Of a stretch of DNA of 64,000 nucleotides, positions 30,012 through 39,002 are shown piece by piece. Each line of letters opens with the position of its first letter. The stretch's first letter is position 1. Position numbers and translations under genes: made by a program. Source of the DNA: an uncultured delta proteobacterium (GTDB lineage Bacteria > Desulfobacterota > Binatia > Binatales > Binataceae); NCBI GenBank assembly GCA_963724765.1, contig CAVRVY010000004.1:1248001-1312000 (forward strand), in the 5' to 3' direction. The notes under the pieces are model-generated. The model was not told the origin of the DNA and searched no databases. It saw only the letters and a program-made list of their open reading frames with translations.

Positions 30012-30698
30012 CTACGACCCCATCGAGGCCTGCAATTGCTGCTGCTTGGCCCGCATATTGGCCATCAGCTTATCGAATCCTTGATCATTAATCACGCGGT
30101 TAAACTGATTTCGATAGTTCGCGACGATGCTGATGGCGTCAACCGTCACATCGTAGATTCTCCAGTCGCCATCAAGCTCACGCAATAGGTAATCTACCTT
30201 GATGGGCTGTTTGCCGGGCTGAATTATCTGGCTGCTCACCCGGGCAAAGCCCTCTCCCTCGGGATTTTGGCCCAGCACGGCCACATCCTGCCCAGAATAA
30301 TCCTGAATTTTGCTCAGGTAAGCGTTCTCCATAAATGCCGTGAACAGTTGGGTGAACTGGGAGCGCTGACTCGCGTTGAGTTCGCGCCAATGGTAACCCA
30401 GAGCGATCCGCGCCATGTCCGCGAAATCGAAGTGCCGCTCGAGCAGGTCACGCAATTGACGGCGACGCTGAGGAAGCGGTGTGTGCTTGTCGCGGAGCAC
30501 CGGCAAAGACGTGTTGATGACCTGGTTGACCGTGTCCAGTGCCGTGGACAAAGCCCACGCCGGCGCCGGCGCTGCGGCCTGCAGCACCATCAGGGCAAGC
30601 ATCGCACTCGCAAACACGCTCAAAGCCATCGTCGAAGACGACATCTGCGCCGCCCCAACGGCTCGAGCTTCGCGCGCTGAATAATTATTCCCAGGCAT
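30012..30698 (-). CDS. mlaC: MlaC phospholipid-binding protein
   Basis: FDFADMARIALG..W, WRIYDVTVDAISIVANYRNQF. Confidence 0.9.
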   Translation of the reverse strand: MPGNNYSAREARAVGAAQMSSSTMALSVFASAMLALMVLQAAAPAPAWALSTALDTVNQVINTSLPVLRDKHTPLPQRRRQLRDLLERHFDFADMARIALGYHWRELNASQRSQFTQLFTAFMENAYLSKIQDYSGQDVAVLGQNPEGEGFARVSSQIIQPGKQPIKVDYLLRELDGDWRIYDVTVDAISIVANYRNQFNRVINDQGFDKLMANMRAKQQQLQASMGS

Positions 30699-30714
30699 AC
30701 CGCTTTCTTCCTGT

Positions 30715-31233
30715 TTACTTCGGACCCTTGCCGTGATTATCGGGCGATGCGCCGCTGCCCGACCCGTTGCCGGCGCCGCCCGAGCTGGGGCCGTTACTGC
30801 TGTTGATCAATTGACCGATTGCGTCCTCCAGCACGAAGGCCGATTGAGTCCGCCGAATTGCGCCACCATCTGCGAGATCATGATCACCGGCGCCCAGCGA
30901 AACCGAGACATACTTGTCGCCAATTATACCGCTGGTCTTAATTGAGGCTATGGCGTCCGTATCCACCTTTACCCCTTGATTGACCCTCAGCGCCACGTGG
31001 GCGCGATAATCCTTGAGCGAGATAGCAACTACCTTGCCAACTTGCACGCCTGCGATCTCAACCTGATCGCCGGTCTTCAGGCCGGAGATATTGTCGAAGT
31101 TCGCATAGATGACGTAGCCGCTATTGTTGAACAGTTCTATTTTCCCTAGGCGCAGCGACAGAATAACGAGCGCCGCGATCCCAGCCAGCGCGAAAAGCCC
31201 CACGATAAGCTTGGTTGTCCAACTGGCGTACAT
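30715..31233 (-). CDS. mlaD: MlaD (MCE domain)
   Basis: FDNISGLK.GD.VEIAGVQVGKV, TSGIIGDKY. Confidence 0.92.
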   Translation of the reverse strand: MYASWTTKLIVGLFALAGIAALVILSLRLGKIELFNNSGYVIYANFDNISGLKTGDQVEIAGVQVGKVVAISLKDYRAHVALRVNQGVKVDTDAIASIKTSGIIGDKYVSVSLGAGDHDLADGGAIRRTQSAFVLEDAIGQLINSSNGPSSGGAGNGSGSGASPDNHGKGPK

Positions 31234-31258
31234 TATTTGCTCTCAGAGCGTCTGTTAC

Positions 31259-32059
31259 TCAGAGCGCGGCCGCGTCGCGCTCGTCTCCCGCGGTCCTGCC
31301 CGCCAGGAAGCGGTTAAAGACCTCGTCATTGGCCGCCGTCACTTCCGCAGGCGTCCCGGTAAGCTTCATCCTGCCCTCGTGCATAAACGCAACGCGGTCG
31401 GAAATCTCGAACACCGCCGGCACGTCATGGCTGACCATCACCACCGTCAGACCAAAGCGCTGCTGGGTATGGCGCACCAGCGCGTGAATCGATCCGGTGC
31501 GGGTCGGGTCCAGTCCGGTGGTCGGCTCGTCGAGCATGAGAATCTTGGGATTGCGGATAAGCGCGCGCGCGAGCGCCGCCCGCTTCTGCATCCCACCGCT
31601 AAGTTCGGAGGGAAATTTGTTCTCCATCCCCTCGAGCCCGACGTTGGCCAGCATCTCGCGCACTTTGCCCGCGATTTCCTCGCGCCCCATGCGCGTGTTC
31701 TCGACCAACGGAAACGCGACATTGTCGAACACGGACATCGAGTCGAACAGCGCGCCCGCCTGGAACAGCATCCCGAATTCCTTGCGCACCTCGTCCAGTC
31801 CGCTATTGCCCAAACGGGTAACGTCAACGCCGTCGATCACGATTGTGCCCGAGTCGGCTCGCAGCAGCAGGTTGAGATGCTTCAGCAGCACGGTCTTGCC
31901 GCATCCGCTGGGGCCCACGATGGTCGTGACGTGGCCGCGCAGGAAGTCGAGATTGACGCCGTTGAGAACCTGCTGGGCGCCGAAGCGATGGCGCAGATCG
32001 CGCACCTCGATCGCAACTGGCGAAACCGTCCCCTTTCCGTTCTGTTCAGCAGCCGCCAT
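31259..32059 (-). CDS. mlaF: MlaF ABC ATPase
   Basis: GPSGCGKT, FQAGALFDSM, LSGGMQKR, DEPTTGLDP. Confidence 0.92.
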   Translation of the reverse strand: MAAAEQNGKGTVSPVAIEVRDLRHRFGAQQVLNGVNLDFLRGHVTTIVGPSGCGKTVLLKHLNLLLRADSGTIVIDGVDVTRLGNSGLDEVRKEFGMLFQAGALFDSMSVFDNVAFPLVENTRMGREEIAGKVREMLANVGLEGMENKFPSELSGGMQKRAALARALIRNPKILMLDEPTTGLDPTRTGSIHALVRHTQQRFGLTVVMVSHDVPAVFEISDRVAFMHEGRMKLTGTPAEVTAANDEVFNRFLAGRTAGDERDAAAL

Positions 32060-32105
32060 CTTCGCCTGACAAGGTTTTCTCCAAATTCTCTTGAATCGCG
32101 GCATT

Positions 32106-32885
32106 CTATAGGAGAATCGACGTGAGGAAATAGTCCCAGGCCAGGATCAACACGCTCGAGAGCACCACCGCCTCGGTGGTGGCGCGGCTCACCCCGGTCG
32201 CCATGCGCTGCGCGTGGTAGCCCTTGTAGCAGCAGACCCACATCACTACCAGTCCAAAGACCAGCGCCTTGTACAGGCCGCTCATGATGTCGTGGCCGCT
32301 CATGTTTTGCGCGATACCATTTAAGTAGCTGCCGCCCGGCGCGCCCATCAGGCCCACCCCGATAAGGTAGCCGCCCCAGATTCCGATTACGTCGAAGATG
32401 CTGGTCAGCAAGGGGAAGCTGATTATCCCCGCGATCACACGCGGCGAGACCAGGTATTGGATCGGATTTATCGCCATCACGGACAGCGCGTCGATCTGTT
32501 CGGTCGCCTGCATCGATCCCAGCTCGGCCGCCATCGCCGACCCGGCCCGCGCCGTGACCATCAGCGCTGCCAGTACCGGGCCCAGCTCGCGCACCAGCAC
32601 CAGCGCGACCACGGTGCCGAGCGCGCCCTCCGAGCCGAAGCGGCGCAGCGTGTTGTAGCCCTGCAAGCCGAGCACCATCCCGGTGAACGCGCCTATCAGC
32701 GCCACCAGCACGATCGACTCGGCCCCGATAGTGCGCATCTGCCGAATCGCCAGCCGCGGTTTGTAGGGCGGGGTTATCGCGCACCAGAGCGCCGTCGCGA
32801 GGAACAGCACGAAGTTGCCCAGCGCGGTGACATTATCGATCACCAGCGCCCCAAGGCGCTCGATCATCTCCACGATTCTCGACAT
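32106..32885 (-). CDS. mlaE: MlaE permease
   Basis: RELGPVLAALMVTARAGSAMAAELGSM..TEQIDAL, GVSRATT. Confidence 0.93.
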   Translation of the reverse strand: MSRIVEMIERLGALVIDNVTALGNFVLFLATALWCAITPPYKPRLAIRQMRTIGAESIVLVALIGAFTGMVLGLQGYNTLRRFGSEGALGTVVALVLVRELGPVLAALMVTARAGSAMAAELGSMQATEQIDALSVMAINPIQYLVSPRVIAGIISFPLLTSIFDVIGIWGGYLIGVGLMGAPGGSYLNGIAQNMSGHDIMSGLYKALVFGLVVMWVCCYKGYHAQRMATGVSRATTEAVVLSSVLILAWDYFLTSILL

Positions 32886-32897
32886 TCAAATAGCCGT

Positions 32898-33545
32898 CTA
32901 GCCGTGAGTGATCCCGAGCCGGGCAAGCTGATTGTAGGTATGAGTCATGCTGGGCGCGCGGACAAACTCGTTCAGATCGTCGATCACGTCAAGGTCGAGC
33001 GCCGGGCCGCGCCGCCGCACTACCCGGCTTGGCAGACCGAGCCGATAACATTCCTCGAGATGGCGCGCGAGACTCCGGCCGCCAAAGCGCGTCGGAATCG
33101 CGCCGGCCGGCGCGCGGGCAATTATATTGGTGCCGCTTAAGTCGCGCGAGGGCACCAGCACCACGCCGCGCTCTTCTTCGGCCAGTTCGCTGAAGACCGC
33201 GTCGATGTCCTCGCCGGTCACCAGCGGAATGTCCGACAGCACCGTGCACAACGTGCCGACGCCCTGCGCGGCGAGCGCCGCCGTCGCCAGGCCTACCGCC
33301 GCGTTGAGCCCGCGCGGAAACTCCTCGTCGATCACCAACGCGCCCGCGGTGCGTGCGAGGTTGAGCAACGCCGGGTCCGAACTGATAACCGCCACGTGGT
33401 CCGCCGCGCGCGCGCTTAGCGCCGCGGCCAGCACGTCGCGAAACATCGCCTCGGCCAGCGCCATACGATCGGTGTCGCCCACGGCGCGGCCCAGACGCGT
33501 CTTGGCGAAAGCGAGATGCTTGGCGGCGATGAGGATTGCACGCAC
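32898..33545 (-). CDS. cofC: 2-phospho-L-lactate/PEP guanylyltransferase (F420 biosynthesis)
   Basis: AKTRL, MFRDVL, GLNAAV, SDIP, GTN, FG..S..RH, LDLDVIDDL. Confidence 0.88.
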   Translation of the reverse strand: MRAILIAAKHLAFAKTRLGRAVGDTDRMALAEAMFRDVLAAALSARAADHVAVISSDPALLNLARTAGALVIDEEFPRGLNAAVGLATAALAAQGVGTLCTVLSDIPLVTGEDIDAVFSELAEEERGVVLVPSRDLSGTNIIARAPAGAIPTRFGGRSLARHLEECYRLGLPSRVVRRRGPALDLDVIDDLNEFVRAPSMTHTYNQLARLGITHG

Positions 33546-33605
33546 GGCGTACCTTTATAACTCACGCGGCCAGTCGAGCCAACCGTAAAGAGCGAATCAT
33601 CCGCC

Positions 33606-33635
33606 TTGACAGTCTTTGCATCGGTGCTCCAACAT
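33606..33635 (+). promoter_or_regulatory. Putative sigma70 promoter
   Basis: TTGACA-N18-CAACAT upstream of the TPR gene. Confidence 0.4.
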
Positions 33636-33755
33636 TGGAGCAACGCTCCGCCATCAGTTGCCGGCGCCGGCCCTGGACCGCTCGCCCGAGAGCTGACGCG
33701 ATTGTCGCGGCGGACGCGCCATATCCGTTCGAGTCCAGTGAGGCAGGTGGAGGCA

Positions 33756-34682
33756 ATGGAGCGGAAGCTACGGACTTTGTCAAAATTCAGGTGCGGCCGC
33801 GCGCTCGCGCTTGGGGCGGCGGCGGCCTTTAGCGTCGGCTTGATCGCCGGGTGCCATGGCAAATCGGTCAATGACTACCTGAGCGACGGTAACGCGGCGA
33901 TGCAGAAGACGGAACTGCCGCAGGCCGAGCAGAGCTACCAGGCCGCGGCCAAGGCCGCGCCCAATGACCCGCGGGTCCACGTCGCGCTTGGCAACCTGTA
34001 CGTCTTCGAGCAGAAACCGACGCTGGCGCAAGCGGAATTCATGCGGGTGCTCGAGCTCGAACCAGCCAACGCCGCGGCCCATTCGGCGCTGGGCGGAATC
34101 TACGAATCGCAATCGCAGATGGGCGGAGCGCAAGAACAATACCTCGCCGCGGTCGCGCTCAAGCCGGCCGACCCCGCCTATCGCCTCCAACTCGGCTCGC
34201 TGCTCGCGAAGATCAACCGCACGGTATGGGCCGAGATCGAGCTGCGCACCGCGATCGGGCTCCAACCCAAGGACGCGCAAGCTCATCTGGCGCTCGCCAA
34301 CCTGCTGAACGCGACCCCCGGCAGCAAGGTGGAGGCCGACGACGAGTATGCCGAAGTGCGCGCGCTCGATCCGCATCTGCTGGCCGCTCCACCGCCGACC
34401 GAGGTCGCGCCGGCCGCGCCCGGTGCGGCGCCGAGCGCCGAAGCCGCCGTGGCGCCCCCTGCCGCCCCCGGCGTTGCGCAGCATAAGCTCAAGGCGCTTA
34501 ACCGCAAGTTCAGGCTGACCAGGGACTCCGCGGTCTACCAGCGGGCCGACAGCTCCACCAGCGTGGTCGGCCAGGTACATCACGGGCACTACGTACATGT
34601 CACGGGAATCGAGGGCAACTGGCTGCAGGTGACGTTGCGCAACGGCACCGTGGGATTTATCCCGGTGACGGCGGCCGAGTAG
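33756..34682 (+). CDS. TPR-repeat lipoprotein with C-terminal SH3b domain
   Basis: Lipobox LIAGC; TPRs; V.V.G..GNWLQV....GTVGFI. Confidence 0.8.
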   Translation: MERKLRTLSKFRCGRALALGAAAAFSVGLIAGCHGKSVNDYLSDGNAAMQKTELPQAEQSYQAAAKAAPNDPRVHVALGNLYVFEQKPTLAQAEFMRVLELEPANAAAHSALGGIYESQSQMGGAQEQYLAAVALKPADPAYRLQLGSLLAKINRTVWAEIELRTAIGLQPKDAQAHLALANLLNATPGSKVEADDEYAEVRALDPHLLAAPPPTEVAPAAPGAAPSAEAAVAPPAAPGVAQHKLKALNRKFRLTRDSAVYQRADSSTSVVGQVHHGHYVHVTGIEGNWLQVTLRNGTVGFIPVTAAE

Positions 34683-34760
34683 CCGCGTGCGAAACCTCCT
34701 GCGAGAGCTCCTGAAAGTTTTCGATCAACATAGAAGTTTTCATCAGCGAGGATTCAACCC

Positions 34761-35465
34761 ATGGCCAATCAACTCGTTGCACAGGAAGTAACGTTCGCGA
34801 GCAAAGCCTGCCAGCTCAAAGCATACGTGACGCATCAGGGCGGCGGCGCACCGCGCCCGGCGGTTATCGTGGTCCAGGAATGGTGGGGGCTCGACGATCA
34901 TATCCGCGACGTCGCGCGGCGTTTCGCCCAGGAGGGCTTTTTCGCGGTCGCGCCCGATCTCTACTCGCGCCTGGGCCACCAGGTGACCAAAGACCCCAAT
35001 GTCGCGGGGGATCTGATGTCAAAGCTCCCGCTGGCCGACGGCATCGAGGATCTGCTGAGCACCATCGCGTGGATCAAAAGCCAAAAGGAAGCCAATGGCG
35101 CGCGTATCGGAGTGATCGGCTTCTGTATGGGCGGGAGCTACGCGATGGCGCTGCCGTGCGTGAGCAAGGACATCAAGGCCGCGGCGCCGTTCTATGGCGA
35201 GGTTCCCGACGATCGGCAACTGCAGAATCTCAACTGTCCGATCTTCTACGCATACGGCGAGAACGACGGATGGATCACGCGGGCGGACGTCGACCGGCTC
35301 GCCGCCGATCTGAAGAAATTCAACAAGCGCGGCGAAGTGAAGATCTACCCAGGATGCTCGCACGGCTTCTTTAACGACAGCCGCAAGGACGTCTACGCGG
35401 CGACCGAAGCGCGGGACGCGTGGGGCAAGGCGACCGCGCTGTTCAAGGAGAATCTTGGCGCCTAG
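34761..35465 (+). CDS. Dienelactone hydrolase family protein
   Basis: QEWWGL, APDLY, GFCMGG nucleophile, GEND, HGF. Confidence 0.92.
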   Translation: MANQLVAQEVTFASKACQLKAYVTHQGGGAPRPAVIVVQEWWGLDDHIRDVARRFAQEGFFAVAPDLYSRLGHQVTKDPNVAGDLMSKLPLADGIEDLLSTIAWIKSQKEANGARIGVIGFCMGGSYAMALPCVSKDIKAAAPFYGEVPDDRQLQNLNCPIFYAYGENDGWITRADVDRLAADLKKFNKRGEVKIYPGCSHGFFNDSRKDVYAATEARDAWGKATALFKENLGA

Positions 35466-36843
35466 CGCCAGACCGCCCGGACCGCGGGGGCACCTGCTGC
35501 TCGGCAGCCTGCGCGAGGTGCAGCGCGAGCCTCTCAATCTTCTGCGCGACGGCTTTCGCCAGCACGGCGACATCGTGCGCTACCGCTTTGGCAGCACGAG
35601 CGCCTTTCTCCTCGCCCATCCCGACCACATCCGCCACGTCCTACACGACAACCATCGCAACTACGACAAGCATACCATCGACTACGCGATGCTGGGCCGC
35701 CTGCTTGGTAACGGCCTGCTGACCAGCGACGGCGCCTTTTGGCATCGCCAGCGGCGGCTGATAGCGCCGATGTTCCATCGCCAGCGCGTGGCCGGGTTCT
35801 GCAAGCTGATGGTCGACAGCACGCTCGAGATGCTCGACCGATGGGACGTTCTGGCGCATAGCGGCGAGCCCTTCGACGTCGTCGCCGAGATGACCCGGCT
35901 TACGCTCGTGATCGTGGCCAAGGCACTGTTCAGTGCCGACGTGAGCGACGATGCCGAGGCGATTGGCCCGGCCCTGACCGAGGTCAACCGCCAACTCGGC
36001 GAGTTCAGCCTGCTCGACCTGATCCCGGTGATTCCGACGCCGCGCAAGCGGCGCTTTCGCGCGGCCGTGCGCGCGCTCGACGAGGTGGTAAGCAAGATCG
36101 TCGACGAGCGCCGCCGCGCGACGTATCGCAACGAGGACTTGCTCTCGATGTTGCTCGACGCGGTCGACGAAGAGACCAGCAAGGTAATGACTGAGCGCCA
36201 GGTGCACGACGAGGTGCTGACCCTGCTGCTGGCCGGTCACGAAACCACCGCCAATGCGTTGGCGTGGACCTGGTACTTACTTGCGCAAAACCCCGAAGCC
36301 GCCGACAAGCTCCATCACGAGATCGCCGGCGTGCTCGGCGAGCGCGCACCCGGCGGCCTCGACCTGCCGCAACTCCCTTACACCCGGATGGTGATCGAAG
36401 AATCGATGCGGCTTTATCCGCCAGCCTGGGCAATTTCACGCAACGCCATCAGCGAGGACGAGATCGGCGGCTACCGCGTCCGGCCCGGGACCAACATCAT
36501 CATTTGCAGCTTCGTCACCCATCGCCATCCCGCCTTCTGGGCGGAGCCCGAACGCTTCGACCCCGAGCGCTTTTCGCCCGCGCGTTCCGAGGGACGCCCT
36601 AACTTCGCCTACCTGCCGTTCGGCGGCGGCCCGCGAGTTTGTATCGGCAACGTTTTCGCGATGAGCGAGGCACAACTGGTCGTGGCGACGGTGGCCCAGC
36701 GCTATCGGCTGCAGCTTGCGCCCGGGCATCCGGTGGAACTCCATCCGCTGGTCACCCTGCGTCCCCGCCACGGGATACGGATGACGCTGCATCCGGCCGA
36801 CGACGACGCCGCCGCCGAGACTCCCGATCGCGCCGCCCGCTGA
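35455..36843 (+). CDS. Cytochrome P450
   Basis: AGHETT, EESMRLYPP, FDPERF, FGGGPRVCIG. Confidence 0.95.
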   Translation: MAPSARPPGPRGHLLLGSLREVQREPLNLLRDGFRQHGDIVRYRFGSTSAFLLAHPDHIRHVLHDNHRNYDKHTIDYAMLGRLLGNGLLTSDGAFWHRQRRLIAPMFHRQRVAGFCKLMVDSTLEMLDRWDVLAHSGEPFDVVAEMTRLTLVIVAKALFSADVSDDAEAIGPALTEVNRQLGEFSLLDLIPVIPTPRKRRFRAAVRALDEVVSKIVDERRRATYRNEDLLSMLLDAVDEETSKVMTERQVHDEVLTLLLAGHETTANALAWTWYLLAQNPEAADKLHHEIAGVLGERAPGGLDLPQLPYTRMVIEESMRLYPPAWAISRNAISEDEIGGYRVRPGTNIIICSFVTHRHPAFWAEPERFDPERFSPARSEGRPNFAYLPFGGGPRVCIGNVFAMSEAQLVVATVAQRYRLQLAPGHPVELHPLVTLRPRHGIRMTLHPADDDAAAETPDRAAR

Positions 36844-36957
36844 CAGTCACTCGCTGGCTTCAGTTTTTGCGTGGCTGTCACTCCCTCCCCAACTGATGGG
36901 GAGGGAGTTAAGATCCGACCTTCATCCCTCATCAACTATTAGGTGAACGCTCCGCGG

Positions 36958-37602
36958 CTATGCCTTGACCGCATCGGGCTGACGTTCGGGATGCGCGGCG
37001 GCGAAGGCGTCGAGCTTAAGGCACTCCTCGTTGATCCGGCGAATCGTCGGATAAGGCGCCAGGTCGAGCTTGACCCGGCCGGCATTTAAGATCTGCGGCA
37101 CCAGGAAAATGTCGGCCATGGTCGGCGTATCGCCGTAGCAAAATCGCCCGGTCGCGCGCGACTCATTCAGCATCCGCTCGATCGCGGCGAAGTTGAGCGC
37201 GATCCAGTGACGGCACCATTCGTTCAGCTCGTTTTCGCCGGCGTTGAAATGTTCCCCGAGGAACACTTGCGTGCGCCGACTTGCCAGCGGATGAATTTCG
37301 CAGGCAATGTTCAGCGTGATCGCGCGCACGCGGGCCCGCCCCGCCGGATCGCGTGGCAAAATCGCCGGGATGGGAAAGCGTTCCTCGAGGTACTCGCAGA
37401 TCGCCATCGATTGCGGGACTATTACGCCGTCGTCCTCCAGCGCCGGCACGATCCCCTGCGGATTGATCCGGCGATATTCCTCGCTCCAGGCCTCGTCCTT
37501 CAACAGGTTGACCGGAGCGTACTGGTACTTGAGCCCTTTCAGATTGAGCGCGATCCGCGCTCGGTACGCGGCCGACGATCGAAAATATCCGTAGAGCTTC
37601 AT
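36958..37602 (-). CDS. maiA: Maleylacetoacetate isomerase (GST zeta)
   Basis: YFRSSAAYRARIALNLK, QSMAICEYL, HPERQPD. Confidence 0.92.
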   Translation of the reverse strand: MKLYGYFRSSAAYRARIALNLKGLKYQYAPVNLLKDEAWSEEYRRINPQGIVPALEDDGVIVPQSMAICEYLEERFPIPAILPRDPAGRARVRAITLNIACEIHPLASRRTQVFLGEHFNAGENELNEWCRHWIALNFAAIERMLNESRATGRFCYGDTPTMADIFLVPQILNAGRVKLDLAPYPTIRRINEECLKLDAFAAAHPERQPDAVKA

Positions 37603-37699
37603 GGCGGCACTCCTGTGGTCATGCGCGAAGGTCTGCGGCGACGATCGCCAAAGGGACGGACTAGCCGCAGGGATTTAGCGCAAGGACTAAGCGGAACGG

Positions 37700-38164
37700 C
37701 TACCGATAGATCATATGGATCGAAAGCGCGAGAACGCCCTTGCCCGCGTATTGAACCTTGCACTGATCGAATGACGGCGCCCTGAGCGTCGGATTTACGT
37801 TATTGGTGAATCCATAGCCCTCGAGCGGGTAGCCGAACCTGCGGTCGAATTTGCCGTTGCCGTTTTCGTCGTGAAACACGGTCGCGGCGTAGGCCCCAGC
37901 CGCCAGCCCCTTGAATTCGCACACGCCTTTATCGCCTTCGATAGGCACCGAAACTTCGTGCGACTCCGTGCCAGTTTTTGTAAATTCAGCGGAGTTCGCG
38001 CCCGACCATAGCGAGCAAATCACGGAGCCTTTCTGATTGCGCACGCCGTCCACGACGATGCGGATTTCGTTCGGCTGCGCCACCGGTTGCGAATGTGCGA
38101 TACACGGCGCGAGCACAAATCCAATTGCCATCGCGCACGCCAATGTGAAGAGTTTGGGCTTCAT
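37700..38164 (-). CDS. DUF2141-like exported protein
   Basis: Signal peptide; GAYAATVFHDENGNGKFD...PLEGYGFTNN....PSF. Confidence 0.8.
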   Translation of the reverse strand: MKPKLFTLACAMAIGFVLAPCIAHSQPVAQPNEIRIVVDGVRNQKGSVICSLWSGANSAEFTKTGTESHEVSVPIEGDKGVCEFKGLAAGAYAATVFHDENGNGKFDRRFGYPLEGYGFTNNVNPTLRAPSFDQCKVQYAGKGVLALSIHMIYR

Positions 38165-38243
38165 TCCTAATTTTTCCTCATGCCGCACGATCGATTTCTC
38201 CCAGGGATGCTCGCGAGATGTTTGTGGTCAAGCGCTCGCCCGA

Positions 38244-38960
38244 TCAGTGCTTGCCGTAGTCGAGCGGTACGCCCTTGCGCTGCGCGTAGATGTAGGCTTC
38301 GAGCGCGCGCAGCTTCGGATCGTTGGGGTCGAGCGCCTTGCCCTTGATCGGATTCTCGATGCACCAATCGATCATGTCGCGCAGCAGCGCGACCCGCTGA
38401 AGCTGGACCTGGTACTTGGGATAAGTCTCGGGATGCGTATTGGCGGCGTCGGGATGGCACATGTCGCAGCTTATTCCGATCGTGCTGCCGAGCGCCTTGG
38501 AGTCGTGAAAGATGCGCTTGCCGTCGGCGACGAACTTGTCGGTCTCGGCTTTCCAGACCTTGTAGTCGCGCGGCTGAAAGCTCGCGTACGTGTCGCCCTG
38601 CTGGACGGCCAGCGAAGGCGCCGCCGCGGGGGCTTGCGTACCTGACATTGTCGCTGTCGAGGCCTTTGGGCTCGCCGGTGAGGCTTGGGCAACTTCCCAG
38701 CGCTCGCCGGGATGCGCGCGTCGCCATTGGTCCATCAGTTCGTCGCTTACCGCCTGCGCCTGCGCGCGCGACATCGTCTGTCCGGGCTCTAAGTTCTTGA
38801 CCTCGATACTGGTCTTGCCGTCGCAGAGCATCACGACCGTGCCGCCGCTGTGGGCCGCGGGAACGTCGTGGGTAGCTGCCTGCTGCGCATACGAGCGCGC
38901 CAGGCCAGCGGCCGCGATCGTGGTTCCAAACATCAGGAGGACTATTCGTTTGGAGATCAT
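38244..38960 (-). CDS. Periplasmic monoheme c-type cytochrome, TsdA/SoxA-like domain
   Basis: Signal peptide; single CDMCH; YPKY...LRDMIDWCIENP.KG...ALEAYI parallels the TsdA heme-1 domain. Confidence 0.75.
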   Translation of the reverse strand: MISKRIVLLMFGTTIAAAGLARSYAQQAATHDVPAAHSGGTVVMLCDGKTSIEVKNLEPGQTMSRAQAQAVSDELMDQWRRAHPGERWEVAQASPASPKASTATMSGTQAPAAAPSLAVQQGDTYASFQPRDYKVWKAETDKFVADGKRIFHDSKALGSTIGISCDMCHPDAANTHPETYPKYQVQLQRVALLRDMIDWCIENPIKGKALDPNDPKLRALEAYIYAQRKGVPLDYGKH

Positions 38961-39002
38961 TGTCGCCTCGTCGAATGAGAACCGTCGAGTATCGGTTGGC
39001 GA

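Noticed and set aside
35455-36843. P450-modified RiPP cluster
   Set aside because: No short precursor ORF upstream; the P450 overlaps the DLH gene
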